This document shows positions 1 through 11,839 of a stretch of 64,000 bases of DNA, piece after piece (within the stretch, counting starts at the first letter, position 1; each line of letters begins with the position of its first letter). This DNA is from Eledone cirrhosa (taxonomy: Eukaryota), in assembly GCA_964016885.1 (NCBI GenBank), contig OZ024742.1, forward strand, positions 275,962,001 to 276,026,000. Direction: 5' to 3'. The notes beneath the pieces were generated by a model. It did not search any database, was not told the origin of the DNA, and saw only the letters and a program-made list of their open reading frames with translations. The position numbers and the translations under genes are program-made.

Positions 1-262
1 AATGATGCACATATACGGTATTAATACAAGACACACCATCATGAACAATATATGCATCACTCCAACAACATATATGTATATACATACAAAATAGAATTAA
101 TATGTCCCTCTTTTTTATCCTCTTCTATCTGTGAACCTCATTTTTGTGTTTCCTCTACTGATGAAGGACTAATGTCTGATATGTTGAACTTACCTTTTTC
201 CTTTAAGCGCAAAACCAATAAGACTATTGTTGAATCTCTGTGTTCGCTCTTTTTTAAAAGTA
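1..262 (+). mobile_element. Probable 3' end (pseudo-LTR) of a Penelope-like element with a degenerate hammerhead motif
   Basis: CTGATGA-AGGAC-TAAT-GTCT-GATA at 158-181 (GAAA mutated), in a pyrimidine-rich context ending at (TA)n. No protein homology was seen. Confidence 0.4.
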
Positions 263-270
263 TATATATA

Positions 271-2100
271 TGTAGTAAGAGTCGCCAGGCGTCTTCTGCC
301 AGCCGCGTTTGCCTGGCAATTAAAACGGTAACTACTAACTTTGCCTAATTCTTTCGTTTATTCATTGACATGTCAACTATACTGTTCTATATATATCCAT
401 GATTGTTAATTAAATATTACACACCAGTATCATCGCTAATTTGGTAACCCTGACGTGATACCAACACGCAGCCGTTCATTGTTATAAGTGGTCACCCCGA
501 AAAAAGAAAAAATAGCAGAATCTGGTGTTGTGTCAGTAACATTACGAATACACAGCAAATTTATTGACAAACTATGAAAATACTCAGTCAAAGAAACGAA
601 CACACCACGCACATGTGAAATTTTCGCACAGACAGACTTTTTCTCTCACGCATCAACTAACTGTCGCATTTCACGATATATATATATATATGTTTCTCGT
701 TTCTTACAACGAACACTTTAAAAAAAAAAAAAAAAAAAAGAAATTTGATATTTTTTTTAAAACATTTCAACAGGAACATTTATTTTCGATGAACCATTGC
801 CTTTTGTTTTCATCGTTTTCTTCATCGTTCAAGTTTTTTTTTTTTTCCAAAGTTCACACCAATAATTATGCTAAGTGAAGCCTTTCTTTTTCATCATTGT
901 CACTTTCACACTTGCACTATCATTTTCTCGCGCATTAGAAATATTATTTTTTTAAACCTAACTTAACCTTGTATTGGCACGTGTAGGCAGCACAAATTCT
1001 CGATTCACAGCGATATCTCGACTCACAGAGATAGCCGCACGCCAGAGATAACGTTTCTCGCCAAGGATTCTTCAGCCTTAAGCTATATTCACCTATTTGC
1101 CGGTTTAAAAATTTACCACGTAAATTTGCCGTTGAAAACTGCGCATTTATTCAGAATGCTTATTTCTTTGGTCGCTGGCCTCTTGACCCTTCCAGGTCAA
1201 CGCATTCTCAACATCGACCATCAACTTCGGCTGTTATTTCTAGCACTTTGCGCAACTCATTTTTTCCGAAAAAAATTTTTTTTACTGTGAATTTAAACAC
1301 CGAATACGCTCACTCAGCGAGACAACAACATCAACAGCAACACAGCTTCACCAACAACCAAAACCAACAGAACAAGCCAGAGAATTTATTTTTGCAGCAC
1401 TCTTCCTGTAAGAAAATCCATTCGGAGGTTGGAAATTTCACGATATACGACAGAACAGAAACCACCTGCATTCATTCTCTGGAACACACTTTCTTTCCTG
1501 CTGTCATGTGATTGCACACCTGTGAACTATATTTTGTACATTTGAACTTTGAGCTCTTCTCTTACTTTATTACATTGTATCTTTGGGTGATGGATAGATA
1601 GATGTCCAGTCGTTCTCTGGCCAAGAGTGGTTGGCTACCTTGATATCTATCATTGATTTTTGCAAACATTCTTTTGTCGTAATTTTCATGCCTGTTACAA
1701 CATTCTCGCCAACTTGCTACATATTTCATTCGATTTTTATATTCTAAAATTCTGGCGGGAGGTTATGTAGCAGTAGCCTCCCTTGTTGTGACTCACAACC
1801 CCAATAGATTAACAACATCTAGACGGGAAGTAGAACCCTTTCTGTAACTTCCGGCAGAGCCCTATAAAACGAATAGCTTTCGGCTCTCTCCCACTGATTT
1901 GCCCTTCCGGCGCCTGGCCTTCGCCAGGCGTCTTCTGCCAGCCGCGTTTGCCTGGCAATTAAAACGGTAACTACTAACTTTGCCTAATTCTTTCGTTTAT
2001 TCATTGACATGTCAACTATACTGTTAAATTGTTGATTAAATATTATACACACAAACCATGTCTCTTTGTTACATTCATACACACCCAGTTCATTCGCAAT
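271..2100 (+). mobile_element. Non-autonomous LTR retrotransposon (Gypsy/CsRN1-like, no coding capacity)
   Basis: Direct repeat 282-386 = 1921-2025. Both LTRs start TGTAG (271, 1766). PBS TGGTAACCCTGACGTGAT (442-459) matches the tRNA-Trp 3' end with 2 mismatches. Purine tract GGCGGGAGG at 1754-1762. TA-repeat flanks. The 5' LTR is internally deleted. Confidence 0.75.
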
Positions 2101-2156
2101 ATATACATCATGGTTGACTATACAAAATGACCAGTTCTATCCAGTGGTGAACCAAC

Positions 2157-2168
2157 AAACCTAAATGA

Positions 2169-2208
<40 letters not shown>

Positions 2209-2662
2209 GTAGTTAAGAAAGCCACAACAATGCAGAGGGAAATCTCGAGGTAGGAAGTGAATGATAGATAGGAGAAACAGGTGAAAGTGAAAATTGAGAG
2301 AGACAAAGATGAAAACAAAACAAAGGTAGAAGGGTTACCGTAGTGGAGATTTAATCCCAATATTTCGGGCTCACGCCCGAGATTTAATCCCAATATTTCG
2401 GGCTCACTGTTGATGGGCGTGAGCCCGAAATATTGGGATTAAATCTCCACTACGGTAACCCTTCTACCTTTGTTTTGTTTTCATCTTTGTCTCTCTCAAT
2501 TTTCACTTTCACCTGTTTCTCCTATCTATCATTCACTTCCTACCTCGAGATTTCCCTCTGCATTGTTGTGGCTTTCTTAACTACGTATTTTACACATTTC
2601 ACAATGCTTCAAGCAAACTTTAACACCCTCTTATATATATATATACGCATTCATTTAGGTTT
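2157..2662 (+). mobile_element. Penelope-like pseudo-LTR with an inverted partial copy (long hairpin) and a minimal hammerhead-like motif
   Basis: Arms 2205-2378 and 2415-2588 are reverse complements. CTGTTGA-T-GGGC-GTGA-GCCC-GAAA at 2407-2430. (TA)n on both sides. Confidence 0.65.
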
Positions 2663-2669
2663 ACATATA

Positions 2670-4665
2670 CAGTATATATATGAAAAATAATAATCCCCAA
2701 GTTTCAATACATTGATACATTATTTAATTGATTTACACATATGTTTCATTCAAATACAGAAGGATGTAGCATTTAATTCCTTTGTAGAGAAATCTTCAGA
2801 AGCACTAGATAATATAAAAAAAGATATTTATTTGCCGATCACATATTCTTGTGTATCCAGATTTCAAAAATGTAAACAAGTTTTATATTTTAGGGAAAGC
2901 GTTTAAAATTATGGAAGACTAGATATGTAAGAAATTTTTTTTTAACTGCATAAATTTTCTAGTGGTTACTTGGATTATCATATTTAATACTCATATTTTG
3001 ACTTTAATATATTATAGGAGTGGAGTTAGGGCTTATCAATTTAATACCATTTATTCCCTAAAGTTACAATCAAATTTAATTTTAAGTATATAGTATTCTA
3101 GTTCGTATACGTTCATTTTTTAATTATTATTTGTAGCTAAATATTCTGCTAAATCAATGTTAATACTTATTCTTATTTATTATACTATAGTATTTATGTC
3201 CTTGGGGAAAATGTTTTCCTAAAATTCCAAAGAATATCTGATATATGGGACGCTATTTGGACTCCGTATGGAGGATTAAACCATATACATTTTTTCCTTC
3301 TATTGCTTTTTCTATTATTAAATTGTCAAGAGATTTTCCAGTGGGTTAATATTACTAATATTCTTATTAAAATTATCATTTTTTCGATTAATTTTCCTAT
3401 TTCTGCTATTTTTTTTATAGTTTTATTATTTTTATTGGTATTATAATTAGGTTTAGATATACATTTATGTGTAAAAATCTTATTATTAGTTCATTTAGTT
3501 GTAGGGTTGAATCATATTTTATTGTTATAGCCTGACCTAGCAAGAGTTTCATTATAATATATAGCATTTGGGGTGAAAATATCTTTATTGGCTGAAAGTC
3601 TCGAGATTCTACCTGATATATTATTAACGATAGATTTAATAATAGATTTAGAGTGATTTGAATTTTTATGCACATAATATAGGAATTCACCAGGTTTATG
3701 ATAGAGTGTAAAGAGTTTATGATTTAAATACTGTGTAACATCTAAGAAGTTAACAACCTTTGTATTGGTTTCTATTGTTATTGCTAGGTTAGATTTTTAA
3801 AAGAATTTATACATGCTTTTTCACTCTCTCTAAGGCAGAATTGCTGAAATGTTCAAAAGTGAAGAGCGCATCATCTCTATATACACCACCTCCCATTGTG
3901 GGTAAATTTGTTAATAAGAAATAGGCCTACAAGATCCGATATATGGGCTGTGTCACCCGAACCCATGGTAATGTTGGAGTTATTGGACGATTTTTTTTCT
4001 AGTCCTAAGATTTCCATTAAATACTATAATGTTACATCTAGCTGCTGTAATTATATCTAATGCTAGTTTGGTTAAATTAGTGTATTCTACAGCCACATAG
4101 AGTGCTTTGTTAAGGATGGTAGGTGAAATAGAAGCATAATAATTATCAATATCAAGCTGTAAGAATTTTACTTTATTCTTGTTATCTAAATTAACAAACC
4201 ACTCAATAACCTTGTTAGTATTACCCCATAGATTAAGTGCAGCTTTTTGTTTAATATCGGGAATAATTCTATCCAATATATTCTTACTTATTTTTCCTAT
4301 AATAGTCGTAACCCTTTAGGTAAATAATTCTAAAGAATTAATTCATCTTACAGATTGATATATTATAGCTAATATAAGCTTCCATAATTTTTCTTTTGTT
4401 TTTTTTTTCATAAAATACTATATACTTAAAATTAAATTTGATTATAACTTTAGGGAAAAAATGGTATTAAATTGATAAACTAGTTTACATTTTTCAAATC
4501 ATATCTGGACACACAAAAACATGAGGTCAGTAAATAAAGATCTTTTTTATATTATCTAGTGATTCTAATTATTTCTCTAAAAAGTATTAGAATGAAACAT
4601 ATAAATCAGTTAAATAATGTGTTAATGTATTGAACCTTGGTAATTATTATTTTTCATTTATATAT
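2670..4665 (-). mobile_element. Degenerate Penelope-like retroelement (RT remnant)
   Basis: ORF 3980-4276 has NLWGNTNKVIEWF and FLQLDIDNYYASIS. Downstream on the minus strand: TMGS, GGVYRDDAL, VNFLDVT, YVHKNSNH and WFNPPY motifs, with many stops and frameshifts. Confidence 0.8.
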
Positions 4666-4966
4666 CCTCTGTGATTTTGTAATACTACGATGACTGGAAA
4701 TTTACAAATTGGGTTTAACTTTGAACTATCTTTCGCCAAGCTTGATGTGGATAAAATTACATTTGTGTTTTAAATATCTGACTGCCTTATACAGTTGTAT
4801 CATTAACTCATATAATCTACCTTATATATATTTCTTTAGTATTGATGAGTACCCAATACCACAGGAAAGATTAACATTTATTTTATTAAGGCCAAGTTTG
4901 AAATTTTTTGTTCTGGGGTTTATCCTGTGTACTCCAAAGTAACAAGACATGAACCTGTCCTTAATA

Positions 4967-5356
4967 ATTGTTTCTACTTTGGGCACAAGGCCAGCAATTA
5001 CCCAGTACATTACTGGTACTTTATTTTATCGACCCCGTAAGGATGAAAGATAAAGTTAACCTCGGCGCGATTTGAATGATTTCTAATTTAGACACAAGGC
5101 CAACAAGTGAGGGAAGGGAGATGAAAATGTGTAATGTAAGGGAATGTTTGATTTAATTCCAATGCCCATTATCTATGTTGGCAGTATCGGTAGAGGGTCG
5201 GATACCATGCTTTCGAGCATAGTTACGTCCCTTTACGATCTGAGTTCAAATCCCGCCGAGGTTGACTTTGCCTTTCATCCTTACGGGGTCGATAAAATAA
5301 AGTATCAGTAATGCACTGGGTAATTGCTGGCCTTGTGCCTAAAGTAGAAACAATTA
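4967..5356. mobile_element. Two tRNA-derived SINE copies (Meta-domain type) in inverted orientation
   Basis: 4967-5076 (-) and 5178-5356 (+). Core GAGGTTGACTTTGCCTTTCATCCTTACGGGGTCGATAAAATAAAGTA and B-box-like GAGTTCAAATCCC. Same family recurs at 15466-15640, 25120-26080, 39881-39973 and 45974-46530. Confidence 0.75.
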
Positions 5357-6169
5357 TCTATGTTTTGGAGAAAAGGCTGATAAAAGCGAACAGAACAATC
5401 AAATGCATCTGTTTGTCTAAAACAAAGTTATTTTGTCAAATATTGGATTTGAAACTACATTGAAATCATTGGATAATTCTTGGAAATCACAAAGTTAACA
5501 ATAAGGGAACCACGAGAAATTCATGGATTACAGAATATGTGTTTAACATGTTTTATATGAAAAAGAGACTGATAGGCTAATGATGTGAGTGAAGAATTTA
5601 GAATGAAAGTGATGACAGATATGATAGACTGCATAGTCAACTGACTTGGGAGCCAGCATTAGCAAAAATTGGTTACAGTCTGCTCTGCTGTTATAGAAAT
5701 GTGACCAAATGAGTGGATGAGAGCTGGCAGCATAGACTGGCTATTTACGTCAGAATTAATGAATACTAGAATTTTTTTCCATACACTGACATGTATGTGT
5801 ATATGTGTGTGCGTGTGTGTCTATGCATATGCATACATTTATATTTACGAGTATATAAATATAAACGTGCAAACACAGACACACTTAGAAAAATACATAC
5901 ATTCACACAAACACACATACACTCACACACATCGTACTTTTTCACCATTCCGTTCCTTCCTTTTACACACACATTCACACAGGCAGCAAGCATAAAGAGA
6001 GAGGAGTAGTCTGACTACCTCATACCACTCCTCTCTCTTTACATCTTGTGACAGAATCACAGAAATTTATATATAGATTAACATGACATTGCATACAATA
6101 TAAAAATAACAAACTAGCTAATGTGTTATTTCACTACACACCCACACACACGTCACATCACTTCATTTT

Positions 6170-6450
6170 TTTCCTTGGCTCACCAGGGCCATGAAGGTGC
6201 CATAGTAGTGTACCACTTCCCACAATCCAGCACTATTGTGAGCTAGGACTTGGGTTGTTGCAATGTCTTTGTCAGTCCATTCCATGATGTTATCCAGTCA
6301 TTTCTTCTTCGGGCTCCTTTACCCTGAACATCTCTTTGGAGGATGGTTTTGTTTATCCATCAGATCTCACCTGACCATACCATCTCATTTTTCTTTTCTC
6401 CATAGAGGTAAGCATATCTTCATAGTTTCTCATGCTAGTAAGGGCTAGAG
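6170..6450 (-). mobile_element. RTE (BovB-like) LINE 3' fragment
   Basis: Minus-strand translation PKKK*LDNIMEWTDKDI resembles the RTE ORF2 C-terminus. Confidence 0.5.
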
Positions 6451-6619
6451 AAATCATCATGGACCAAGTCAGTAATCAATCAAACTTACTGTCTCAGATA
6501 TGCCAGGTAAAAAGCACTTTGATTACATGTTACTGCACACTATAGAATGTACTGAGTGCATTTTATCATGGCATCTGCACTAGGTATATTGTCATATCTT
6601 TTATATATATATATATATC

Positions 6620-7555
6620 TCTACCTAGCATTTGACAGGCTTACCTGCTCCATAAACTTGTGGGCTTTTAGGAAACAAAGGATAGATGCACAGCATGTGT
6701 GTGTGGTACAAGCCATGTACAGTGGTGCAGCCAGCAAAGTGAGAGTTAACATGGTATACAGTGAGGAATTCAGCATGAAGTTGGGAGTTCACCAGGGGCC
6801 TTCTATCCTCAGCCCTCTCAGGTTCATTATTGTCAATCAAGCCATAACACAGATGTTTAAGACTAGCTGCCCATATGCATACTGAATCTGGGGCAGAATT
6901 AGAGACAAAATTCTAGACTTGGGAACAAAATCTAGAATAAAAAAACCTTTAAATTAATTGGCAAATACTAAAGTTCAAATAAATAGAAAAGAAAACAGAG
7001 CCCTGATACCTTCAGGGAAGTGGCATTGCTGAGTATGCAGAAAACGAGTAGGTAGAAAAATTCTCGTCTATGTACCAAATATAAATTATGAGTACATGAC
7101 ATGTAATAGGAACTCACAGGTGAGCAAAAATTGCAAGATTTGTATGTAGCTAATGACAGGAGCAGTAAACAACAAAAGGCTCACATGAAACAAGCTCTAT
7201 CCAATGCTCAGGTGGTTCCCTAAAAGTAATTGACAGCTTCTGTTACTTGGGCAACCAATATAGCAGTATAGGTAGGTGTTCAGAAATTATAGTAGCCATA
7301 GTGAGAACCATATAGAAAACGTCCAGGGAGCTACTACCACTGCTGACCACAAAGTGTTTCTTCTTCAAAATGAAAGGCAGATAATATGACACCTGTAATG
7401 AACTGCTATGCTGAATGGAAGTTTAAATTTGTGCAGAATACTTATGAAGTTTGGAAAAAAAATGAGGCAAACATGCTCTACTCAGATGGATGTGTAATAG
7501 TAATATACATGGATGATGAAAAACCAGTGAATTGAGAGAGAAACTATGCATCTGG
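6620..7555 (+). mobile_element. Degenerate RTE LINE RT fragment
   Basis: AFDR..LWAFRK..VQAMYSGAASKVRVN..SEEFSMKLGVHQG..LSPL.FII (ORF 6556-6885), followed by DSFCYLG-type motifs. Confidence 0.8.
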
Positions 7556-7859
7556 AAATATGTTAGATAGAAAACAAATATGTAATGTGAAAGATTATTT
7601 TTATAAAAAATATCACAATGGTAAATTATCTCACCAATGAAGATATATTTGTGGTTATATAAAAGATAGTTTTAGAAGGTTATTATCAAACATTGTAATA
7701 TCTTCTTTTTTATAGGATGACTTTTGACATTGATATGTATTAATATTGATCTGTATTAATATAAAAATGTGTATTAAGAGACACTTTTTACAGAATGATT
7801 TACCACAGATATCAAAAACCTTGGAACAATGATGATGATGATGAAAGTGACATCACTAT

Positions 7860-9120
7860 TTCTAGAGAATGATTTACTACAGATACCACAGTGTTATGGC
7901 TTTTCAAAGTTCTCCCACAATATGCATGGGTGTGTGTTTAGTTAAGGCTTTATTTTCAGAGAATGATTTACCGCAGATATCACATTGATATGGCTTTTCG
8001 CCTGTATGAATATGTTTATGTATAATTAAGCTACTATTTCGAGAAAATGATTTACTACAGACATCACAAGGATATGTTTTTTCTCCTGCGTGAATATATT
8101 TATGTGCTGTTAAGTCACTACTTTGAGAAAATGATTTACCGCATGTGTCACAGTGAAACGGCTTCTCTCCTGTATGAGTACGTATGTGAATTGTTAAGGG
8201 AGTTTTATCCGAGAATGATTTACCACAAATGATACAGTGATATGGCTTCTCACCTGTGTAAATGTGTTTATGCCTAGTTAAGACATTTGTATGAGAGAAT
8301 GATTGACCACAGATATCACAAAGATACAATTTATCTTTTGTATGAACAAGTTTGTGTTTAGTTAAGTCACCATTTTGAGAAAATGATTTGCCACAGATAT
8401 GGTTTGTCTCCTGTATGAATACGTCTGTGACAAGTTAAGGTTCCAGCCTGAGTAAATGATTTACCACAGATATTGCAGTGATATGGCTTCTTTCCAGTAT
8501 GAATGTTTTCATGTGCTATCAAGGAAGCTGGTTGAGCAAATGATTTACCACAGACGACACACTGATATGGCTTTTCTCCTGTATGAGTATATATGTGTCT
8601 AGTTAAGGCTCCATTTCTAGAGAATGATTTACCACAGATATCACAGCAATATGGTTTTATGCCTGTATGAATGTTTTTGTGAAATATCATGTGAGCTCTT
8701 TGAGAGAATAATTTATCACAGATGACACAGTCATATGGCTTTTCTCCTGTATGAGTATGTATGTGTAGAGTTAAGGTCCATCAGTAAAGAACGATTTACC
8801 ACAGATATCACAGCAATATAGCTTCTTTCCCGTGTGAAAATTTTCATGAGATATGAAGTTAGATTTTTGTGAGAAAGATTTACCACTAATGTCACAGTTA
8901 AATGATTTCTTCCCTGTATTGATACATTTATGTAAAGCTAACACAGTATGTTGAGAGAATGTTTGTCCACAGATATCACAATATGATTTCTTTCTTGTAT
9001 GAACATGTTTGTTTAGTTAAAGCACCATTTTGAGTGAATGATTTCTCACAGATACCACAGTGATGTGGCTTTTTCACTCTTTGGACATATTTGTGATAAG
9101 TTAAAGCACCATTTTGTGGA
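7860..9120 (-). pseudogene. C2H2 zinc-finger pseudogene, tandem paralog of the gene at 21453-23480
   Basis: ORFs 7904-8329 and 8367-8690 are separated by a frameshift and there are further disruptions upstream. The last fingers match the intact gene (HTNVLTRH, DKTPLT, QSSDL, RNSSL, ENKALTKH..IVGEL*). Flank 7557-7740 is homologous to 18648-18820. No N-terminal leader. Confidence 0.85.
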
Positions 9121-10336
9121 CACGAGTAACAAATTGTCTATCTGGGTGCCAAAAGCAAGGAATTGGCAGGAGGTTTTCCCATTGATATAGCTGCTGCTTC
9201 TTCTTATCAACCTTAGCCCTACTTTTCCACCTTCGTTTTTTTATCTTTGCCCTTTAAGCTGTATTTACCTTTCTGTTAACATTATACCTAAATTAACTGC
9301 ATGCATGCATTTGGTCATCTCCTCCACTCCCAGTTATACTGATTCATTTAAATCTACACCTGATCTTGCTTGGGTAACGGTACACTATGATATGCATATG
9401 AACTTTAAAAATCAGGCAAAGTGCAGTGGTATCCAACTATGCCCATAGGGGCCCAAGTGAATATATACCTGTTGTGTGCATGTATGTGTGTTTATGTGCA
9501 TACATATGAGTCTTTCCATATGTATCTACTTACATGCCTAAATAATATAAATGGATATGTATGTGTGTACCATATATATATATATATATATGGTACCAAA
9601 TCAAGCACTCTATGCACAGGCAGAGTGTATATAATAGGAAAAAACGAGTAAGTTTCATTTACATATAAAAGATAATTATTGTGTTACGGGTGTTTTGCAG
9701 AGGATTGGCTCAAGGTCACTCATAGGAGTTATAGACCCAACTCCACTACTGATTTGTTCCTCAGACTGGTGATATGACAAAAAAAAATATTTTTGTTGTG
9801 GTTTCTGAGATGAAAAGGTGTATATATAAGCATCAACTTTTGTTTGGGCATATGTGGGTATTGTGGTGTAATTGATGGGGCAGCTATGCAGGTGTATATT
9901 CACAGATATTCATGTGCAGGTGCATGCAAGTGTGTAAGGATTCATATGGGTGTAGGTGTGCGTGTGGGCATGTATTGGTATGTGTTTGGACATTCGAAAG
10001 ACTGGCTTTGGTATAAACAGGAAACTGAAAGGGAGAGTGACCCTATTGGCAGATGAGGGTGCCATGCTTGGACGACCTGGTACTAGTTCATAGTATCATT
10101 AATAACAATTCAAGTTTTGGGCAAAAATATATATGTAAGTGTATATGTGTGTGTATATATATGTATGTATGTGTGTCTGTGTGTATATATATATGTGTGT
10201 CTGTGTGTGCATGTATATAATTCTATGTGTATGTGTATGTATGTATAACTATACTTTTATATGCATGGGTGTACCCATGGGTAAGTCAATATAGATATAT
10301 TATGCCTATATGTGTGTATGAACGAATATAGACACC

Positions 10337-10870
10337 TGTGTCACACTAACACTACAGTATGTCTGTCACACTATCACTACAGTCAGTCTGTCACACTAAC
10401 ACTACAGTCTGTCTATCACACTAACACTACAGTCTGTCTATCACACTAACACTACAGTCTGTCACACTAATACTACAGTCTGTCACACTAACACTATAGT
10501 CTGTCACACTAATACTACAGTCAGTCTGTCACACTAACACTACAGTCAGTCTGTCACACTAACACTATAGTCTGTCACACTAACACTACAGTCAGTCTGT
10601 CACACTAACACTATAGTCTGTCACACTACAGTCTGTCACACTAACACTACAGTCAGTCTGTCACACTAACACTACAGTCTGTCACACTAACACTATAGTC
10701 TGTCACACTAACACTACAGTCAGTCTGTCACACTAACATTACAGTCAGTCTGTCACACTAACACTATAGTCTGTCACACTAACACTACAGTCTGTCACAC
10801 TAACACTATAGTCTGTCACACTAACACTACAGTCTGTCTGTCACACTAACACTACAGTCTGTCTATCACA
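10337..10870. repeat. Minisatellite, 21/25-bp unit TCTGTCACACTAACACTACAG(TCAG)
   Basis: About two dozen head-to-tail units with recurring variants (ACTATAG, extra TCAG/TCTG) and no unique spacers. Confidence 0.95.
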
Positions 10871-10917
10871 TACATGCTTGGTTATACCTGTCTGGGTACC
10901 TGAACAATACACTAAGG

Positions 10918-11174
10918 CAGAGGTCCCCAACCACCAAGCCACAAAAAAATAATTAACTTGTTTAATATTATATAATAGATAAATTGAATATTGGACTTTA
11001 ATTTAAAAGATTTGTTTAAATATTCAATATTCATCTATTTTAATAAATTGCTCTTTTTATTATTGCTTTCTTTATTGAAATGCACTTAAATAACACATAT
11101 GTGCAACTTCCAGTTCACGGAAAGATTGTCTGGCATGAAGCTGGTCCGTGGTATAAAAAAGGTTGGGAACCTCT
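10918..11174. mobile_element. hAT (Charlie/MER5-like) MITE
   Basis: Termini CAGAGGTCCCCAACC ... GGTTGGGAACCTCT around an AT-rich core. TSD not resolved because a CR1 piece abuts the right end. Confidence 0.6.
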
Positions 11175-11175
11175 A

Positions 11176-11695
11176 TTCAGAGACATGCAACCAAGCGAAT
11201 ACCATCCATCAGGCATCTACCATATTCTGAATGCTTTGCTTCCCTGAGCATGGATACATTGAAGCTCCGACGTCTGGCAACTGACTTGGTAAACACCCAC
11301 ACAATTATTAACCATCTTGCCAACAACAACAACCCTGAGTACCTTTTTGATTTCCATGTGTCTAACACACGTGGGCATGCCAACAAAGTCAGAAAACAGC
11401 ACAGCTCCCATGACTTTCGGAAATATTTTTCACGCTCAGAGTTGCTGAAGCATGGAACAAACTACCTGCATCAGTTGTTAGCTGTCAAGACACTGCATCT
11501 TTTAAAACCTCCATGCTTCCTGAGATTCGCCAACACACCTAAGATTCCCCCTCCATACACACACACATGTATATCATGACTCATACACTATTCAATTCCC
11601 TGACATTTGTATATTATTCTATGTACTATACATGAACCTTTGATGAGTTGTAGTGCACCTGAGCACTGTACACAATAATTTCATTATTATTATTA
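11176..11695 (+). mobile_element. CR1-clade LINE 3' end
   Basis: QRHATKRIPSIRHLPYSE..LKLRRL..NTRGH..HDFRK, then a 3' UTR ending in (ATT)n. Confidence 0.85.
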
Positions 11696-11839
11696 GAGGA
11701 TATGAATCGATAAAGGGTTATATTCAAATGGCTAGGTGTATGTAGGATTGTCTATATGTTCCCATGAAAACTTTTTGTGGATATGTGTGGCTATATAACT
11801 GTCTGTGTGTGTGTAAACTGTTTTATAATATGCGTGAAT

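Noticed and set aside
5717-6009. Short ORFs rich in YI/HT/CV/RE (also near 34.7-35.0, 39.2, 57.5 and 58.7-59.0 kb)
   Set aside because: Translations of (TA)n, (CA)n and (GA)n microsatellites.
10337-10870. CRISPR-like array
   Set aside because: Contiguous tandem units with no unique spacers, no cas genes, eukaryotic context.
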